Below are positions 1 to 11,300 of a stretch of 64,000 bases of DNA, piece by piece. The number at the start of each line of letters is the position of its first letter. Position 1 is the stretch's first letter. The notes beneath the pieces are model-generated. The model saw nothing but the letters and a program-made list of their open reading frames with translations, ran no database searches and was not told the origin of the DNA. The stretch is from Candidatus Oxydemutatoraceae bacterium (GTDB lineage Bacteria > Pseudomonadota > Gammaproteobacteria > Poriferisulfidales > Oxydemutatoraceae): positions 151,992 to 215,991 of the forward strand of contig CBDCOZ010000001.1 of assembly GCA_965220085.1 (NCBI GenBank), read 5' to 3'. The position numbers and the translations under genes are program-made.

Positions 1-170
1 ACAGAGCGGCTACGGCACTACTTAAAGCAGGGAAACCGCCGAAGGATAAAGATTGCCCGATACCGACAAAAGCAGACTTAAACCGTAAGTTTGTCATGCG
101 GGTAGACCGTCAAGGCAAACCCACAATTATTGAGAAATAATACCTCTGTCAAGTTAAATACATAATTCCC
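1..170 (+). mobile_element. Probable right end of an IS1595-family element, with the tail of a small ORF (frame 3, stop at 138-140)
   Basis: Ends in ...AAATACATAATTCCC (170), matching the terminal ATAATTCCC of the three MITEs at 14898-19422. Cut by the window edge. Confidence 0.4.
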
Positions 171-242
171 AAAACAATATGCTTGGGGAATTCTGTTATA
201 CTATCCCCCGACTTTTTGAATTTTGATACGGAGGTATTTGTT

Positions 243-1142
243 ATGACAGAAGAAAAATCGCAAAGAGTATGGATGAACCGTTGCAAGCCTGTTGGCAATA
301 ATCAACTGGAGGATTGCAAGAGGGAACGCATCATAACCATCGGCTGGCCGGATGTGGACCTGAGCCAAGACGGTTGGGAAAATACCAAGTGGTTGACTCC
401 GCGTGGCAGAAGCATGCTTTGGAGGTTTTGTGAAATGAGAAAAGGAGACTGGGTCTTGGTGCCTCGCGGGGGAGACTTACACCGTGCCCAAATAGCATGT
501 GATAAACCGCTCTACTTAAAAGATAAACCCGACTGGGCAGAACACGCGGGCAGTTACTACGAGACCGAAGAATGGAAAGAGGAACCTTGGGAACGGTCAA
601 AAATGCCGGCAAGCGTACAATCGCGCCTGAAGTACAGGGGCACACACCTGTGGTTGCACGACAACTACTCGGAACTGGAAAAGGCATATGGCAAGTCCCT
701 CTCTGCTCGGATGGTGGAGGAATTGCGGGAGATCTTTCAGGTGCCGAGAGAATCCACTCTGCATGCGGATTCGCTGGAGAGAATGATAAAGGGATTGTTT
801 GAAAGCATGCACTTTGAGGGTGTAAGGATACCCGGGAAAAAACAGTCCCAAGCCGGCGATGTGGATGTTGAGGCAATGACACCCTTGGGCATACAGGTAT
901 ATGCGCAGGTGAAGTGGCATCAGGGAACATCGGGGGGTGCGGGTATTGACCAGTTGATAAAGCGCAAAGAGGATGATGGAAAGAAACCTGATAACGAAGC
1001 CAACGCCATCTATCTCTTCATAACCACTGCCAAAGAAATTAACGAAGATGCAAAAAACAAGGCAAACCAGAATGATATTCTGTGCTGGGATGGTGAGAAA
1101 TTAGCCGCCATGCTTATAGAGCACGGCATCCCGAAGGATTAA
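243..1142 (+). CDS. Mrr-like (type IV) restriction endonuclease
   Basis: C-terminal Mrr_cat-type motif GDVDVEA...YAQVKWH and a WDGEKLAAML tail. ATG 243 follows GGAGGT (ORF track starts at 183). Confidence 0.75.
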   Translation: MTEEKSQRVWMNRCKPVGNNQLEDCKRERIITIGWPDVDLSQDGWENTKWLTPRGRSMLWRFCEMRKGDWVLVPRGGDLHRAQIACDKPLYLKDKPDWAEHAGSYYETEEWKEEPWERSKMPASVQSRLKYRGTHLWLHDNYSELEKAYGKSLSARMVEELREIFQVPRESTLHADSLERMIKGLFESMHFEGVRIPGKKQSQAGDVDVEAMTPLGIQVYAQVKWHQGTSGGAGIDQLIKRKEDDGKKPDNEANAIYLFITTAKEINEDAKNKANQNDILCWDGEKLAAMLIEHGIPKD

Positions 1143-1161
1143 TTCGCTCAATCGCTATCCG

Positions 1162-1192
1162 CCGCCTTGCCCGTCTTTGACGGGCAAGGCGG
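1162..1192. terminator. Perfect 14-bp stem-loop, probable terminator
   Basis: CCGCCTTGCCCGTC-TTT-GACGGGCAAGGCGG, 20 nt after the stop codon. No strong U-tract. Confidence 0.55.
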
Positions 1193-1267
1193 TCGCCGCC
1201 CGCCCCTTGTTCCGTCGGCAGAACACGGCTTGTCAAACGAAACGCCTAACCCTCTGTATTTCCGCAT

Positions 1268-3748
1268 ATGGCAATAATCATATATCATGCGGGAAACACC
1301 CTATATCAAATGTGCCAAATGATTAACATCCGCTTACGCATATGCGGGCTTGCCTGTCTCATCGCGTGCATATCGGCGCCGCAGGCATACGCGCAGGAAG
1401 AGGCCGAGCATCTGGTGGTTGTCGGTTCGCGCACCGCCGTGCGCGCCGCATACGACACCAATGTGCCGGTCGATGTGATCAGCAGCGAGGACATCGCCCG
1501 CACCCATGTGACGGAGACCGCGAAGCTGATTCAAACGTTGGTGCCGTCATTCAACTTCTCGGTTTCCACCGTCAGCGACGGTACCGATGCGGTGCGCCCG
1601 GCGACTCTGCGCGGTCTGTATCCGGATCAAGTGCTGGTGCTGGTCAATGGCAAACGCCGGCACACCAGCGCCTTGTTGCATGTCAATGGTTCGGTCGGTC
1701 GCGGTTCGGTCGGCGTCGATCTCAATGCGATTCCGCCGTCGGCGATAGAACGGATTGAGGTGTTGCGCGACGGCGCCGCCGCCCAGTACGGCTCGGATGC
1801 GGTGGCCGGCATTATCAACATCGTGCTCAAGGAGCGGGTCGGCGAGACCGAGGCGCAGGCTTACTACGGGGAGACCTATCAGGGCGATGGCGAGCAACGC
1901 CGCTATAGTTTCAACGGCGGATTCGCCCTCGCCGAAACGGGTTTCTTTAACCTGACCGCCGAGCGGCGCGATCGCAACCCGACCAACCGCGCGGGCGAGG
2001 ACATACGGTGCCAATACGGAGGAACAGCCCCCGACTGCAATGACCCGGCCAGAGAAGCGCGTTTTGACCGCGTCAGTCATCGGGTCGGCGATGCCGAGTC
2101 GGATAACGATTATGTGTTTTTTAATTCCGCGCTGCCTTTGCGCAACGGCGTTGAACTCTATGCGTTCGGCGGCATCAGTCAGCGCGAGACCGAGGCGGGC
2201 GGGTTCTACCGCCGCGCTTCCGACCGGCGCAACCTGCCGTCGGTTTATGCGGACGGTTTTCTGCCGCTGATCACAACCGATGTGGATGACGATTCGCTGG
2301 CGCTCGGGGCCAAGTTTGATCTCGGCGCGTGGCGGGCGGATGTCAGCGCGCATTATGGCGAGAACACTTTTGATTTCCGGGTAAAGGATTCGCTCAATGT
2401 GTCTTTGGGCGCGGCGTCGCCGCGACAAGCCGATTCCGGCGGTTTGAAGTTTGATCAAACGGTATTCAAAGCCGATGCGACCCGTCCCTTGGAAATAGCG
2501 GATTTTGCGTTGGATATCGCGACCGGATACGAGTATCGCCGCGACGGCTATCGCATCCGCGCCGGTGATCCGGCTTCTTACATAGACGGCGGTCAACGCG
2601 CGCAGGACGGCGAGCGCGCCGACCCGGGCATTCAGGTGTTCCCCGGTTTCAGGCCCGAGAACGAGGTCGATGTCAGCCGCCACAATCATTCGCTCTATCT
2701 CGATGGAGAAAGTTGGGTGAGCGATAATCTGTCCCTTGCCGCCGCGGCGCGGTGGGAGAGTTACAGCGATTTTGGAAACGATATGAACGGCAAGCTGAGC
2801 ATGCGCTACGAGATGTCGGATGTGTTCGCACTGCGCGGCGCGGTGTCGTCGGGCTTTCGCGCGCCGTCTCTGGCACAGCAGTACTTCAACAACATCAGCA
2901 CGCAATTTGTCCGAGGCGTTCCCAGAGAAGTGCTGACGGCCAATAACGCCAGCGGTTTTGTCCGCGCCATCGGCGGCGAAGCGCTGGAAGAGGAGAACTC
3001 GGTCAGCCTGAGTTTCGGTTTTGTCGCCAACCCGTTGCCCAGGCTGACTGTCACAGCGGACGCATACCGCGCGAAAATCAGGGATCGCATCGTCTTGTCA
3101 AGACAGTTTGTCAAGGACGACATACGCCCGGGCTTTGTGGCGGGCGCTGCCGATGCCTTGATGCGCGAGCACGATGTCGATATTGACGCTGTGCGGTTTC
3201 AGTTTTTCAGCAACGCGATGGATACGGTGACCCGCGGCCTGGATGTGATCGTTGATTATGACTATCCGTTGGACAGCGGCGCGGCGATAGATTTCACCGC
3301 GGCCTTGAATTTCAACACCACCCGCAGGGACGGCGATATTGAGAATGTCGCCGGTCTGAGAGACGGGACGGCGCCGTTTACCGATATTGAGTCGTACCTC
3401 GAAGAGGGCAGCCCGCGACAGCGCTACAGTTTCACGACCAATTATGCCGACGGCGACAATAACTGGACATGGCGGCTGAATCACTATGGCAGCGTCGTAT
3501 CCAGAGTGGATACGGAGCCGCAACACTATGGCGCGCGCTGGCTGGCGGATGTTGAATATACCCGCAGTTTCGGCAACGAGATAGATTGGACGGTCGGCGC
3601 GCTAAACCTCTTTGATACCAGACCGGAGAGGAATTCGGATGCGAACCGATACGGTTCGGCCGGCGGCAGCTTCGTCTATAGCCGCCGCGTATCGCCGTTC
3701 GGCTTCAACGGCGGCTTCTACTTCACCAACCTGAAGTACCGTTTCTAA
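1268..3748 (+). CDS. TonB-dependent outer membrane receptor
   Basis: Signal peptide (AYA-Q), TonB-box-like LVVVGSR, plug motif IERIEVLRDGAAAQYGSDAVAGIINI, C-terminal F. True start may be ATG 1319. Confidence 0.95.
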   Translation: MAIIIYHAGNTLYQMCQMINIRLRICGLACLIACISAPQAYAQEEAEHLVVVGSRTAVRAAYDTNVPVDVISSEDIARTHVTETAKLIQTLVPSFNFSVSTVSDGTDAVRPATLRGLYPDQVLVLVNGKRRHTSALLHVNGSVGRGSVGVDLNAIPPSAIERIEVLRDGAAAQYGSDAVAGIINIVLKERVGETEAQAYYGETYQGDGEQRRYSFNGGFALAETGFFNLTAERRDRNPTNRAGEDIRCQYGGTAPDCNDPAREARFDRVSHRVGDAESDNDYVFFNSALPLRNGVELYAFGGISQRETEAGGFYRRASDRRNLPSVYADGFLPLITTDVDDDSLALGAKFDLGAWRADVSAHYGENTFDFRVKDSLNVSLGAASPRQADSGGLKFDQTVFKADATRPLEIADFALDIATGYEYRRDGYRIRAGDPASYIDGGQRAQDGERADPGIQVFPGFRPENEVDVSRHNHSLYLDGESWVSDNLSLAAAARWESYSDFGNDMNGKLSMRYEMSDVFALRGAVSSGFRAPSLAQQYFNNISTQFVRGVPREVLTANNASGFVRAIGGEALEEENSVSLSFGFVANPLPRLTVTADAYRAKIRDRIVLSRQFVKDDIRPGFVAGAADALMREHDVDIDAVRFQFFSNAMDTVTRGLDVIVDYDYPLDSGAAIDFTAALNFNTTRRDGDIENVAGLRDGTAPFTDIESYLEEGSPRQRYSFTTNYADGDNNWTWRLNHYGSVVSRVDTEPQHYGARWLADVEYTRSFGNEIDWTVGALNLFDTRPERNSDANRYGSAGGSFVYSRRVSPFGFNGGFYFTNLKYRF

Positions 3749-3825
3749 ATTCGCGCGCCCCGCATCGTATCGGCGGTCACATGTGTGATACCGATAAGTC
3801 GCGAAACTGATAGAATGACAGGCGC

Positions 3826-6800
3826 GTGCGGGACACTTTCTTCAAAAACCGATACTTGACAGCGGCCATCGCGGTTGCGCTGGGGCTGTTTTTCGTGTTG
3901 CAACGCGAAGAACCGCAGCCGCTGATCCCGGACGACCCCTCTATGCCGCAGGCGTTGCGCGCGGCGATGGTCGAGCGCGATTTCGCCGCCGGCGCGCGCC
4001 AGATCAAGACGCGCGCAACGGCGGTTGCCGCCGCGGCGGCTGCCGTCGTCGGTCGCAAAGCGCGGCAACGGTTAATTGTCCTTCATGATCCGGATGTCAC
4101 GCGTATCGACGGTGTCATGGAGACGCTCGCAAACTTTCCGGAGGTGACGGTGGAGGATATGCCGTTATTCAATATGTCGATCATAGAGGCGCCGGCGAGT
4201 TGGAACCTGCAATGGCTGAATGCGCTCGTCTCACTCGACGACTCCATTGAAGCGGTCGGCCCCGATATGATCGCCAAAGGTCTGGCGGTGACGCCGAACG
4301 ATCCCGACTTCGGACAGCAACGCCACTTGTATCACGCGAGTTCTCCGGGCTCGGATATCAATGCGCGGGAAGCGTGGGCCTATACGACCGGCAACCCCGA
4401 TGTCATCGTGGCGGTGATAGATTCGGGCATAGACTATACATACGACGATTTGGCTTCCAACCTGTGGGTCAATCGCGCGGAAGCCGACGGCGTTGCCGGT
4501 GTCGATGACGATAACAACGGTTGTATCGATGACATACACGGCTGTGATTTTGTCAATGACGACGGCGACCCGTGGGATGACCGCGGGCACGGCACCCCGG
4601 TGGCGAGCGTTATCGGCATGCAAGGGAATAACGGGAGATTGGGCGCCGGCATCAACTGGAATGCCTCGATTATGTCGCTCAAGACGATCGACTACGACAA
4701 CGACGGGCGCGTATCCGATAGCGTGCGGGCGTACTACTATGTTCTGAAGATGCGTTTGGCCGGGCACAACATACGGCTTATCAATGCCAGTTACGGAACG
4801 ATTATCAGCGGCACAAACAGCTGTGCCCGGGAGGATTTGCCGACCGCCATAAGAGCCGAGCATATCGCGCTTGAGGAGTTGGGGCGCAACGGCGTGATGA
4901 CCGTCGCCGCCGCCGGCAACGAAGGCAGGGACATTGACGACCCGAGCGCAAACCGCATCACTACGCCGGCTTGCCTGGACATAGACGGGTTGTTGAGCGT
5001 CGCCTCTTTGTCTTCCCGCGGTCTTCTGGCGGGCAGTTCCAATTACGGCGCCGAGTCGGTGGACTTGGCGGCCCCCGGCACGGGCGTGTTTGCGCTTGCC
5101 CCCGGGCGGAGGAACTTTCGCGGAGACTACGGGCAGGTCTCAAGCTATGTTCCCGCGGAGCGCAAAGCCCAAGCCGCGCGGTTGGAGACCGTCGTTTCAA
5201 TTCCCGCCGATACGACGGCAACGGCGGGCTGGAGCGTCGAAGGCGGCTGGGCGCGGGTGGCGGAAGGGGAAAGAATCTATTGGACCGACAGCCCCGATGG
5301 CAACCACCCCAATCAGGCCGATTTCAGCGTGACCCGCGACCCGATCGATTTGAGCATGTACGGCGAGAATGATTACTTGTTTCTGTCATTTGAACTTGCC
5401 ACCGACCTGGAGTATGAGCCAAACCCTTCGTTGCCTCCGATATACTGCGCTTCTTCGTTTTGCGACGCCCTGTTTTTGGAAATCAGCGTCGATGGTCGGG
5501 ATTGGCGGGCGCTGGATGCGTGGAGCAATATTAATTTTGCATCCGATGTTTCCATAGGCATTCCCCGCTGGGCGTATCGTGAGAACTTTCAATTCCGCTT
5601 CCGCCTGGTTTCGGATCCCGGCACGAACAAAGATGGCGTCAGGATCTACGATATTGCGCTGACCCGCTCCGATACGGGCAGCGATGTTTCGGTGCGCTTG
5701 AGCGGCACCTCGTTTGCCGCTCCGATGGTCACCGGCGCGGCCGCGTTGCTGTGGTCTTTCAAGCCCGATTTAACGCTCGCCGAAGTGCGTTCGGCGATAC
5801 TTGACAACGTGCGGCCTTCCGCTGTCGCGGCGGTGCAAAACGGCACGGCAAGCGGCGGCACGCTCGATGCCGCCGCCGCGTTGCATTCTGTCGCCGAAGA
5901 CGGCATTGACTTGCAAGCGGGAGAAATCGCGCTGGTCGAAGGCGAGGAAGGGATGTTTGCGTTGCGCCTGACCCGCCCTCCGCAAGCGCCCGACAGCGTC
6001 GATCCCGGCGGCACATTGTCGAGTGACGACCCGCCGCCGACCATGCCGGACGCCGTTGCGGAGCAAGTGGCGCTGGCTGTCACCGCCGACCCGGCATCGC
6101 GTATTCGGGTGGATACGCCCGCTATCACGTTTACTCCGCAGAACTGGCACATCCCCCAAGCGGTTCGCTTCACAGCGGTTGACGATAACTTGGCCAATGG
6201 CGATGTGATGGCGAGGCTGCAAGTTGCGGTGCGCGCGGACGAGTCTGTGCCTTCGTATCGCGAGTTGCCGCCACAGACGGTCGTCGTCAGCGTGGCGGAC
6301 AATGAGTCAAAGTTATCGTTAGCCCCCGGCGCTCCGACACAAGTGGCGGAAGGCGCGAGCGCCACCTTCGCATTGTTGCTTGAGCCGGCCTTGAGCGAAG
6401 ACCTGACCGTCACGTTGAGCGCGACCGGCAGCGCAATCGCAGGACAGGATTATCGGGCATTGCCCGCTGCTATAACGATAGCCGCCGGTGCGGGGCGCGC
6501 GGAACTGACCCTGACGACGATTGATGATGCGTCGGCCGAGCGCACAAAAAACGTTTTGATACGGGTTGTGCCGCCGCCGTCGGCATCGGTCGTTCAAGAT
6601 CCCGTATTGATTCCGCTGGACATAGAAGACGATGACGCGCAACGTTTTTCGGTTGCGCTTGACAGAGACCGTATCAAGGAAGGCGAGCGCGCGCTTGTCA
6701 CTATCGACACGTCTATCGGCACGACCGAGGCTGTCGTCCTTTTGACAGACCGTATCGGCGGAGATGCAAGCGCCGAAGACTATCACATACCTGCGCCGGT

Positions 6801-7896
6801 CACGTTGCCGGCGGGTCAAACACAGCAACAGTTCTTTGTGACCGCCCGGACCGATGACCAAGACGAAGCCGACGAAGAGTTAATCATCCGCATAAGGTCC
6901 GCGGACGAAACCCGGTTGCGAGGGGAGCGCCGATTTGCTCTGACGCTGGAAGATACGACGATTCCCAAGTTATTGCCCCTGTCGCCGGCAGAGGCAGAGG
7001 AAGGCGAGACGGTGCGCATTGAGTTGCAAGTCGATACGCCGCCGTTGCAAGCCGTATCCGTGTGGGTGGCGGCGACGGGCACCGCCGTGCTCGGCGCGGA
7101 TTATCCGTATTTGCCGCATCAACTGCGTATTCCGGCGGGCGGAACCCGCACTTCGTTTTCGTTGCTGACCACCGAGGATAATCTTTTTGAGCCGGATGAA
7201 CAGATTCGCTTGGTGTTTGCGCCGACGACTGCGACCGACGGACACCCGTTGTTGGCGAGCAGTCAAACGATGACGGTGACGATTCGCAATACCGACGGGC
7301 GGCCGCAATTGGCATTGGACTCGCGGCTTCGTACCGACGCCGATGGCGACGCCGACCCTCAGCACCCCCCGCTCGTGATTCCGCCGAATACTCCGGACTT
7401 TGAGATGTACGGCGTTGAGCTGGCTCGCTACCTCTCGTCGGTTCTTCCGCCGAGCGCCGCCGCCGAGTTGATCACCGTTGTGGCGACGGAAGAGGCGGGA
7501 GTGCGGCACGGTTTTCGCGTTCGTATCGATCCCGCATCCGCGTATGCCGAAGCGATCACGATAGAGACATCGGGCACCGCTATTTACGGGCGCGACTACC
7601 GGATACATTTTCAACAGCCCGGCATGGAGTCGGTCGAACTGACCGAAGCGTCGGCGCGGACGAATATCGCGACAGGCACTCGAGTCGTCGCTGTTTTTGT
7701 CGAACCGCTTGCGGATGATACCGACGAAGACTTGTTTGAATTCGTCGAGGTTCGCGTATCGCCCGACGCAGGCGCGAACTTGGAAGGGGATGCGGCATTC
7801 GGATTTGTCATCGCTTCCACTTCTGCGCTCATCTTTCAAGAGGCGGAGCCCATCAGGCTGCGCTTGCGCCTCTTTCTGGAAGGCCCGCTGCGGTAG
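3826..7896 (+). CDS. Secreted S8 subtilase with inserted beta-sandwich, Calx-beta-like repeats and C-terminal LRLRLFLEGPLR tag
   Basis: Catalytic triad motifs VIDSG, HGT and GTSFAAP, oxyanion AAGN, N-terminal hydrophobic segment, repeated A..G.DY / DD...E..E motifs. Confidence 0.9.
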   Translation: MRDTFFKNRYLTAAIAVALGLFFVLQREEPQPLIPDDPSMPQALRAAMVERDFAAGARQIKTRATAVAAAAAAVVGRKARQRLIVLHDPDVTRIDGVMETLANFPEVTVEDMPLFNMSIIEAPASWNLQWLNALVSLDDSIEAVGPDMIAKGLAVTPNDPDFGQQRHLYHASSPGSDINAREAWAYTTGNPDVIVAVIDSGIDYTYDDLASNLWVNRAEADGVAGVDDDNNGCIDDIHGCDFVNDDGDPWDDRGHGTPVASVIGMQGNNGRLGAGINWNASIMSLKTIDYDNDGRVSDSVRAYYYVLKMRLAGHNIRLINASYGTIISGTNSCAREDLPTAIRAEHIALEELGRNGVMTVAAAGNEGRDIDDPSANRITTPACLDIDGLLSVASLSSRGLLAGSSNYGAESVDLAAPGTGVFALAPGRRNFRGDYGQVSSYVPAERKAQAARLETVVSIPADTTATAGWSVEGGWARVAEGERIYWTDSPDGNHPNQADFSVTRDPIDLSMYGENDYLFLSFELATDLEYEPNPSLPPIYCASSFCDALFLEISVDGRDWRALDAWSNINFASDVSIGIPRWAYRENFQFRFRLVSDPGTNKDGVRIYDIALTRSDTGSDVSVRLSGTSFAAPMVTGAAALLWSFKPDLTLAEVRSAILDNVRPSAVAAVQNGTASGGTLDAAAALHSVAEDGIDLQAGEIALVEGEEGMFALRLTRPPQAPDSVDPGGTLSSDDPPPTMPDAVAEQVALAVTADPASRIRVDTPAITFTPQNWHIPQAVRFTAVDDNLANGDVMARLQVAVRADESVPSYRELPPQTVVVSVADNESKLSLAPGAPTQVAEGASATFALLLEPALSEDLTVTLSATGSAIAGQDYRALPAAITIAAGAGRAELTLTTIDDASAERTKNVLIRVVPPPSASVVQDPVLIPLDIEDDDAQRFSVALDRDRIKEGERALVTIDTSIGTTEAVVLLTDRIGGDASAEDYHIPAPVTLPAGQTQQQFFVTARTDDQDEADEELIIRIRSADETRLRGERRFALTLEDTTIPKLLPLSPAEAEEGETVRIELQVDTPPLQAVSVWVAATGTAVLGADYPYLPHQLRIPAGGTRTSFSLLTTEDNLFEPDEQIRLVFAPTTATDGHPLLASSQTMTVTIRNTDGRPQLALDSRLRTDADGDADPQHPPLVIPPNTPDFEMYGVELARYLSSVLPPSAAAELITVVATEEAGVRHGFRVRIDPASAYAEAITIETSGTAIYGRDYRIHFQQPGMESVELTEASARTNIATGTRVVAVFVEPLADDTDEDLFEFVEVRVSPDAGANLEGDAAFGFVIASTSALIFQEAEPIRLRLRLFLEGPLR

Positions 7897-8129
7897 CTTC
7901 GGGCGGCTGGCGGCGGCAAGCAAGCGCCGCCCGCCGGCGATGGCCGCCGGACTTTCTATAAGCGGCATTTTCTCCCGAGTTTCCATGCTGCCGGCGGCGG
8001 CTTCGTTTATAGCCTTCGGCTTCATCGGCAACTTCCGCTTGCCCGCCCGAAACTCCGCTTCCCAATCCGAACCCCGATACGCCCCGCATCGTTGCGCACC
8101 CCGCCCCATTCCATGCCGGGTGCGGCGCT

Positions 8130-8315
8130 TCTAAGAAACCACAAACAATTAAATATTGTTTGTGCTCTTACTGCCGTTTGTGCTCCATTAAAAAATCACA
8201 AACAATCTAAGAAACCACAAACAATTAAATATTGTTTGTGCTCTTACTGCCGTTTGTGCTCCATTAAAAAATCACAAACAATTGAGTATTGTTTGTGCTC
8301 TTATTATGTGCTCCA
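8130..8315. repeat. AT-rich 76-bp tandem repeat (2+ copies) with CACAAACAAT/ATTGTTTGTG palindromes
   Basis: Unit starts at 8131 and 8207. Related sequence at 45067-45235. Confidence 0.8.
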
Positions 8316-8387
8316 TACCGCCCCGCATCGTATCGGCGGTCACATGTGTGATACCGACAAGTCACGAAACTGATAGAATGACAGGCG

Positions 8388-11300
8388 ATGCGGGATACTT
8401 TCTTCAAAAACCGGTATTTGATAGCGGCGGTTGCGGTTGCGCTGGGGCTGTTTTTCGTGTTGCAACGCGAAGAACCGCAGCCGCTGATCCCGGACGACCC
8501 CTCTATGCCGCAGGCGTTGCGCGCGGCGATGTCCGAGCGCGATTTCGCTGTCGGCGCGCGCCAAATCAAGACGCACGCGGCAACGGCGGCAGCCGTCGTC
8601 GGCCGCAAAGGGCGGCAGCGGTTGATCGCAATTCACGACCCGGATGTCACGCGTATCGACGGTGTCATGGAGACGCTCGCAAACTTTCCGGAGGTGACGG
8701 TGGAGGATATGCCGTTATTCAATATGTCGATCATAGAGGTGCCGGCGAGTTGGAACCTGCAATGGCTGAATGTGCTCGTCTCGCTTGACGACTCCATTGA
8801 AGCGGTCGGCCCCGACACAATCAACGAGGCCCGGGCAGTGATGCCGAACGATCCCAACTTCAGCGACCAACGCCACTTGCATAACGAGAGCGCTCCGGAT
8901 TTGGATATCAATGCGCGCGAAGCGTGGGCCTATACGACCGGCACCGCCGATGTCATCGTTGCGGTCATGGATTCGGGCATCGACTACACCTACGACGATT
9001 GGGCTTCCAACCTGTGGGTCAATCGCGCGGAAGCCGACGGCGTTGCCGGTGTCGATGACGATAACAACGGTTGTGTCGATGACATACACGGCTGTGATTT
9101 TGTCAATGACGACGGCGACCCGTGGGATGACGAGGGGCACGGCACCGCGGTGGCGAGCGTTATCGGCATGCGGGGGAATAACGGGAAATTGGGCGCCGGT
9201 ATCAACTGGAATGCCTCGATCATGTCGCTCAAGGTGCTCGGCTATGACAGCCGGGGACGCACATCCGACATTATTCTGGCGTACTACTATGTTCTGAGGA
9301 TGCGTCTGGCCGGGCACAACATACGGCTTATCAATGCCAGTTTTAGCGCGGTCATCAGCGGCGCCAGTCAGTGCGACAGGGAGCGGTTATCGGCAACCAG
9401 AAGGATGCAGTATATCGCGATTGAAGAGCTGGGGCGCAACGGTGTGATGACCGTCCAAAGTGCCGGCAATGACAGCAGCAACCTGGATAATCCGAATGAG
9501 GGCCGCATCGTCGTGCCGGCTTGCTTTGATATAGACGGGTTGTTGAGCGTCGCCTCTTTGTCTTCCAACGGTTCTCTGGCGCGCAGTTCCAATTACGGCG
9601 CCGAGTCGGTGGACTTGGCGGCCCCCGGCACGGGCGTGTTTGCGCTTGGTCCCGGCAGGGCTTTTTCCGGAAGCTACACGCAGACCCCAAACTATGCTCC
9701 CGCGCAACGCAAAGCCCCGGACGCCCAGTCGGAGACGGTCGTTTCAATTGCCGCCGATACGACCTCAACGGCGGGCTGGAGCGTCGAAGGCGGCTGGGCG
9801 CGGGTGGCGGAAGGGGAAAGAATCTATTGGACCGACAGCCCCGATGGCAACTACCCCAATCGGGCCGATTTCAGCGTGACCCGCGATCCGATCGATCTGA
9901 GCGAGTACGGCGAGGATGATTACTTGTTTCTGTCATTTGAACTTGCCACCGACCTGGAGTATGAGCCAAACCCTTCCACACCCCCGATACGCTGTGCTTC
10001 TACGTTTTGCGACGCCCTGTTTTTGGAAATCAGCGTCGATGGTCGGGATTGGCGGGCGCTGGATGCGTGGAGCGATGTGAATTTCGCCGACGATGTTTCC
10101 ATAGGCATCCCCCGCTGGGCGTATAGCGAGAACTTTCAATTCCGCTTCCGCCTGGTTTCGGATCCCGGCACGAACAAAGATGGCGTCAGGATCTACGATA
10201 TTGCGCTGACCCGCTCCGATACGGGCAGCGATGTTTCGGTGCGCTTGAGCGGCACCTCGTTTGCCGCTCCGATGGTCACCGGCGCGGCTGCTTTGCTGTG
10301 GTCTTTCAAGCCCGATTTAACGCTCGCCGAAGTGCGTTCGGCGATACTTGACAACGTGCGGCCTTCCGCTGTCGCGGCGGTGCAAAACGGCACGGCAAGC
10401 GGCGGCACGCTCGATGCCGCCGCCGCGTTGCATTCTGTCGCCGAAGACGGCATTGACTTGCAAGCGGGAGAAATCGCGCTGGTCGAAGGCGAGGAAGGGA
10501 TGTTTGCGTTGCGCCTGACCCGCCCGCCGCAAGCGCCCGACAGCGTCGATCCCGGCGGCACATTGTCGAGTGACGACCCGCCGCCGACCATGCCGGACGC
10601 CGTTGCGGAGCAAGTGGCGCTGGCTGTCACCGCCGACCCGGCATCGCGTATTCGGGTGGATACGCCCGCTATCACGTTTACTCCGCAGAACTGGCACATC
10701 CCCCAAGCGGTTCGCTTCACAGCGGTTGACGATAACTTGGCCAATGGCGATGCGGTGGCGAGGCTGCAAGTTGCGGTGCGCGCGGACGAGTCTGTGCCTT
10801 CGTATCGCGAGTTGCCGCCACAGACGGTCGTCGTCAGCGTGGCGGACAATGAGTCAAAGTTATCGTTAGCCCCCGGCGCTCCGACACAAGTGGCGGAAGG
10901 CGCGAGCGTTGCCTTCGCATTGTTGCTTGAGCCGGCCTTGAGCGAAGACCTGACCGTAACGCTGACGACGACCGGCAGCGCGATCGCGGGACAAGACTAT
11001 CAGGCGTTGCCCGCCACGATAACAATCGCCGCCGGCGAAGAGCGCGCGGAGTTGACCCTGACGACGATTGATGATGACGTGGCCGAGCGCACAGAAAGGG
11101 TTTTGATACGGGTCCTGCCGCCGTCGACGTCGACATCGGTCGTTCAAGATCCCGTATTGATTCCGCTGGACATAGAAGACGATGACGTGCAACGTTTTTC
11201 GGTTGCGCTTGACAGAGACCGTATCAAGGAAGGCGAGCGCGCGCTTGTCACTATCGACACGTCTATCGGCACGACCGAGGATGTCGCCCTTTTGACAGAC

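Noticed and set aside
1547-2905. Long antisense/alternate-frame ORFs (also 22601-24124, 24678-25814, 55492-56721 and others)
   Set aside because: Shadows of well-supported genes in GC-rich DNA, with no recognisable motifs.
1268-3748. TonB-dependent receptor as the translocon for tagged proteins
   Set aside because: It looks like an ordinary importer, and adjacency to one locus is the only link.
7852-7896. C-terminal tag as a DNA repeat or IS end only
   Set aside because: Differences among the five copies are mostly synonymous, and the motif is always in frame before the stop.
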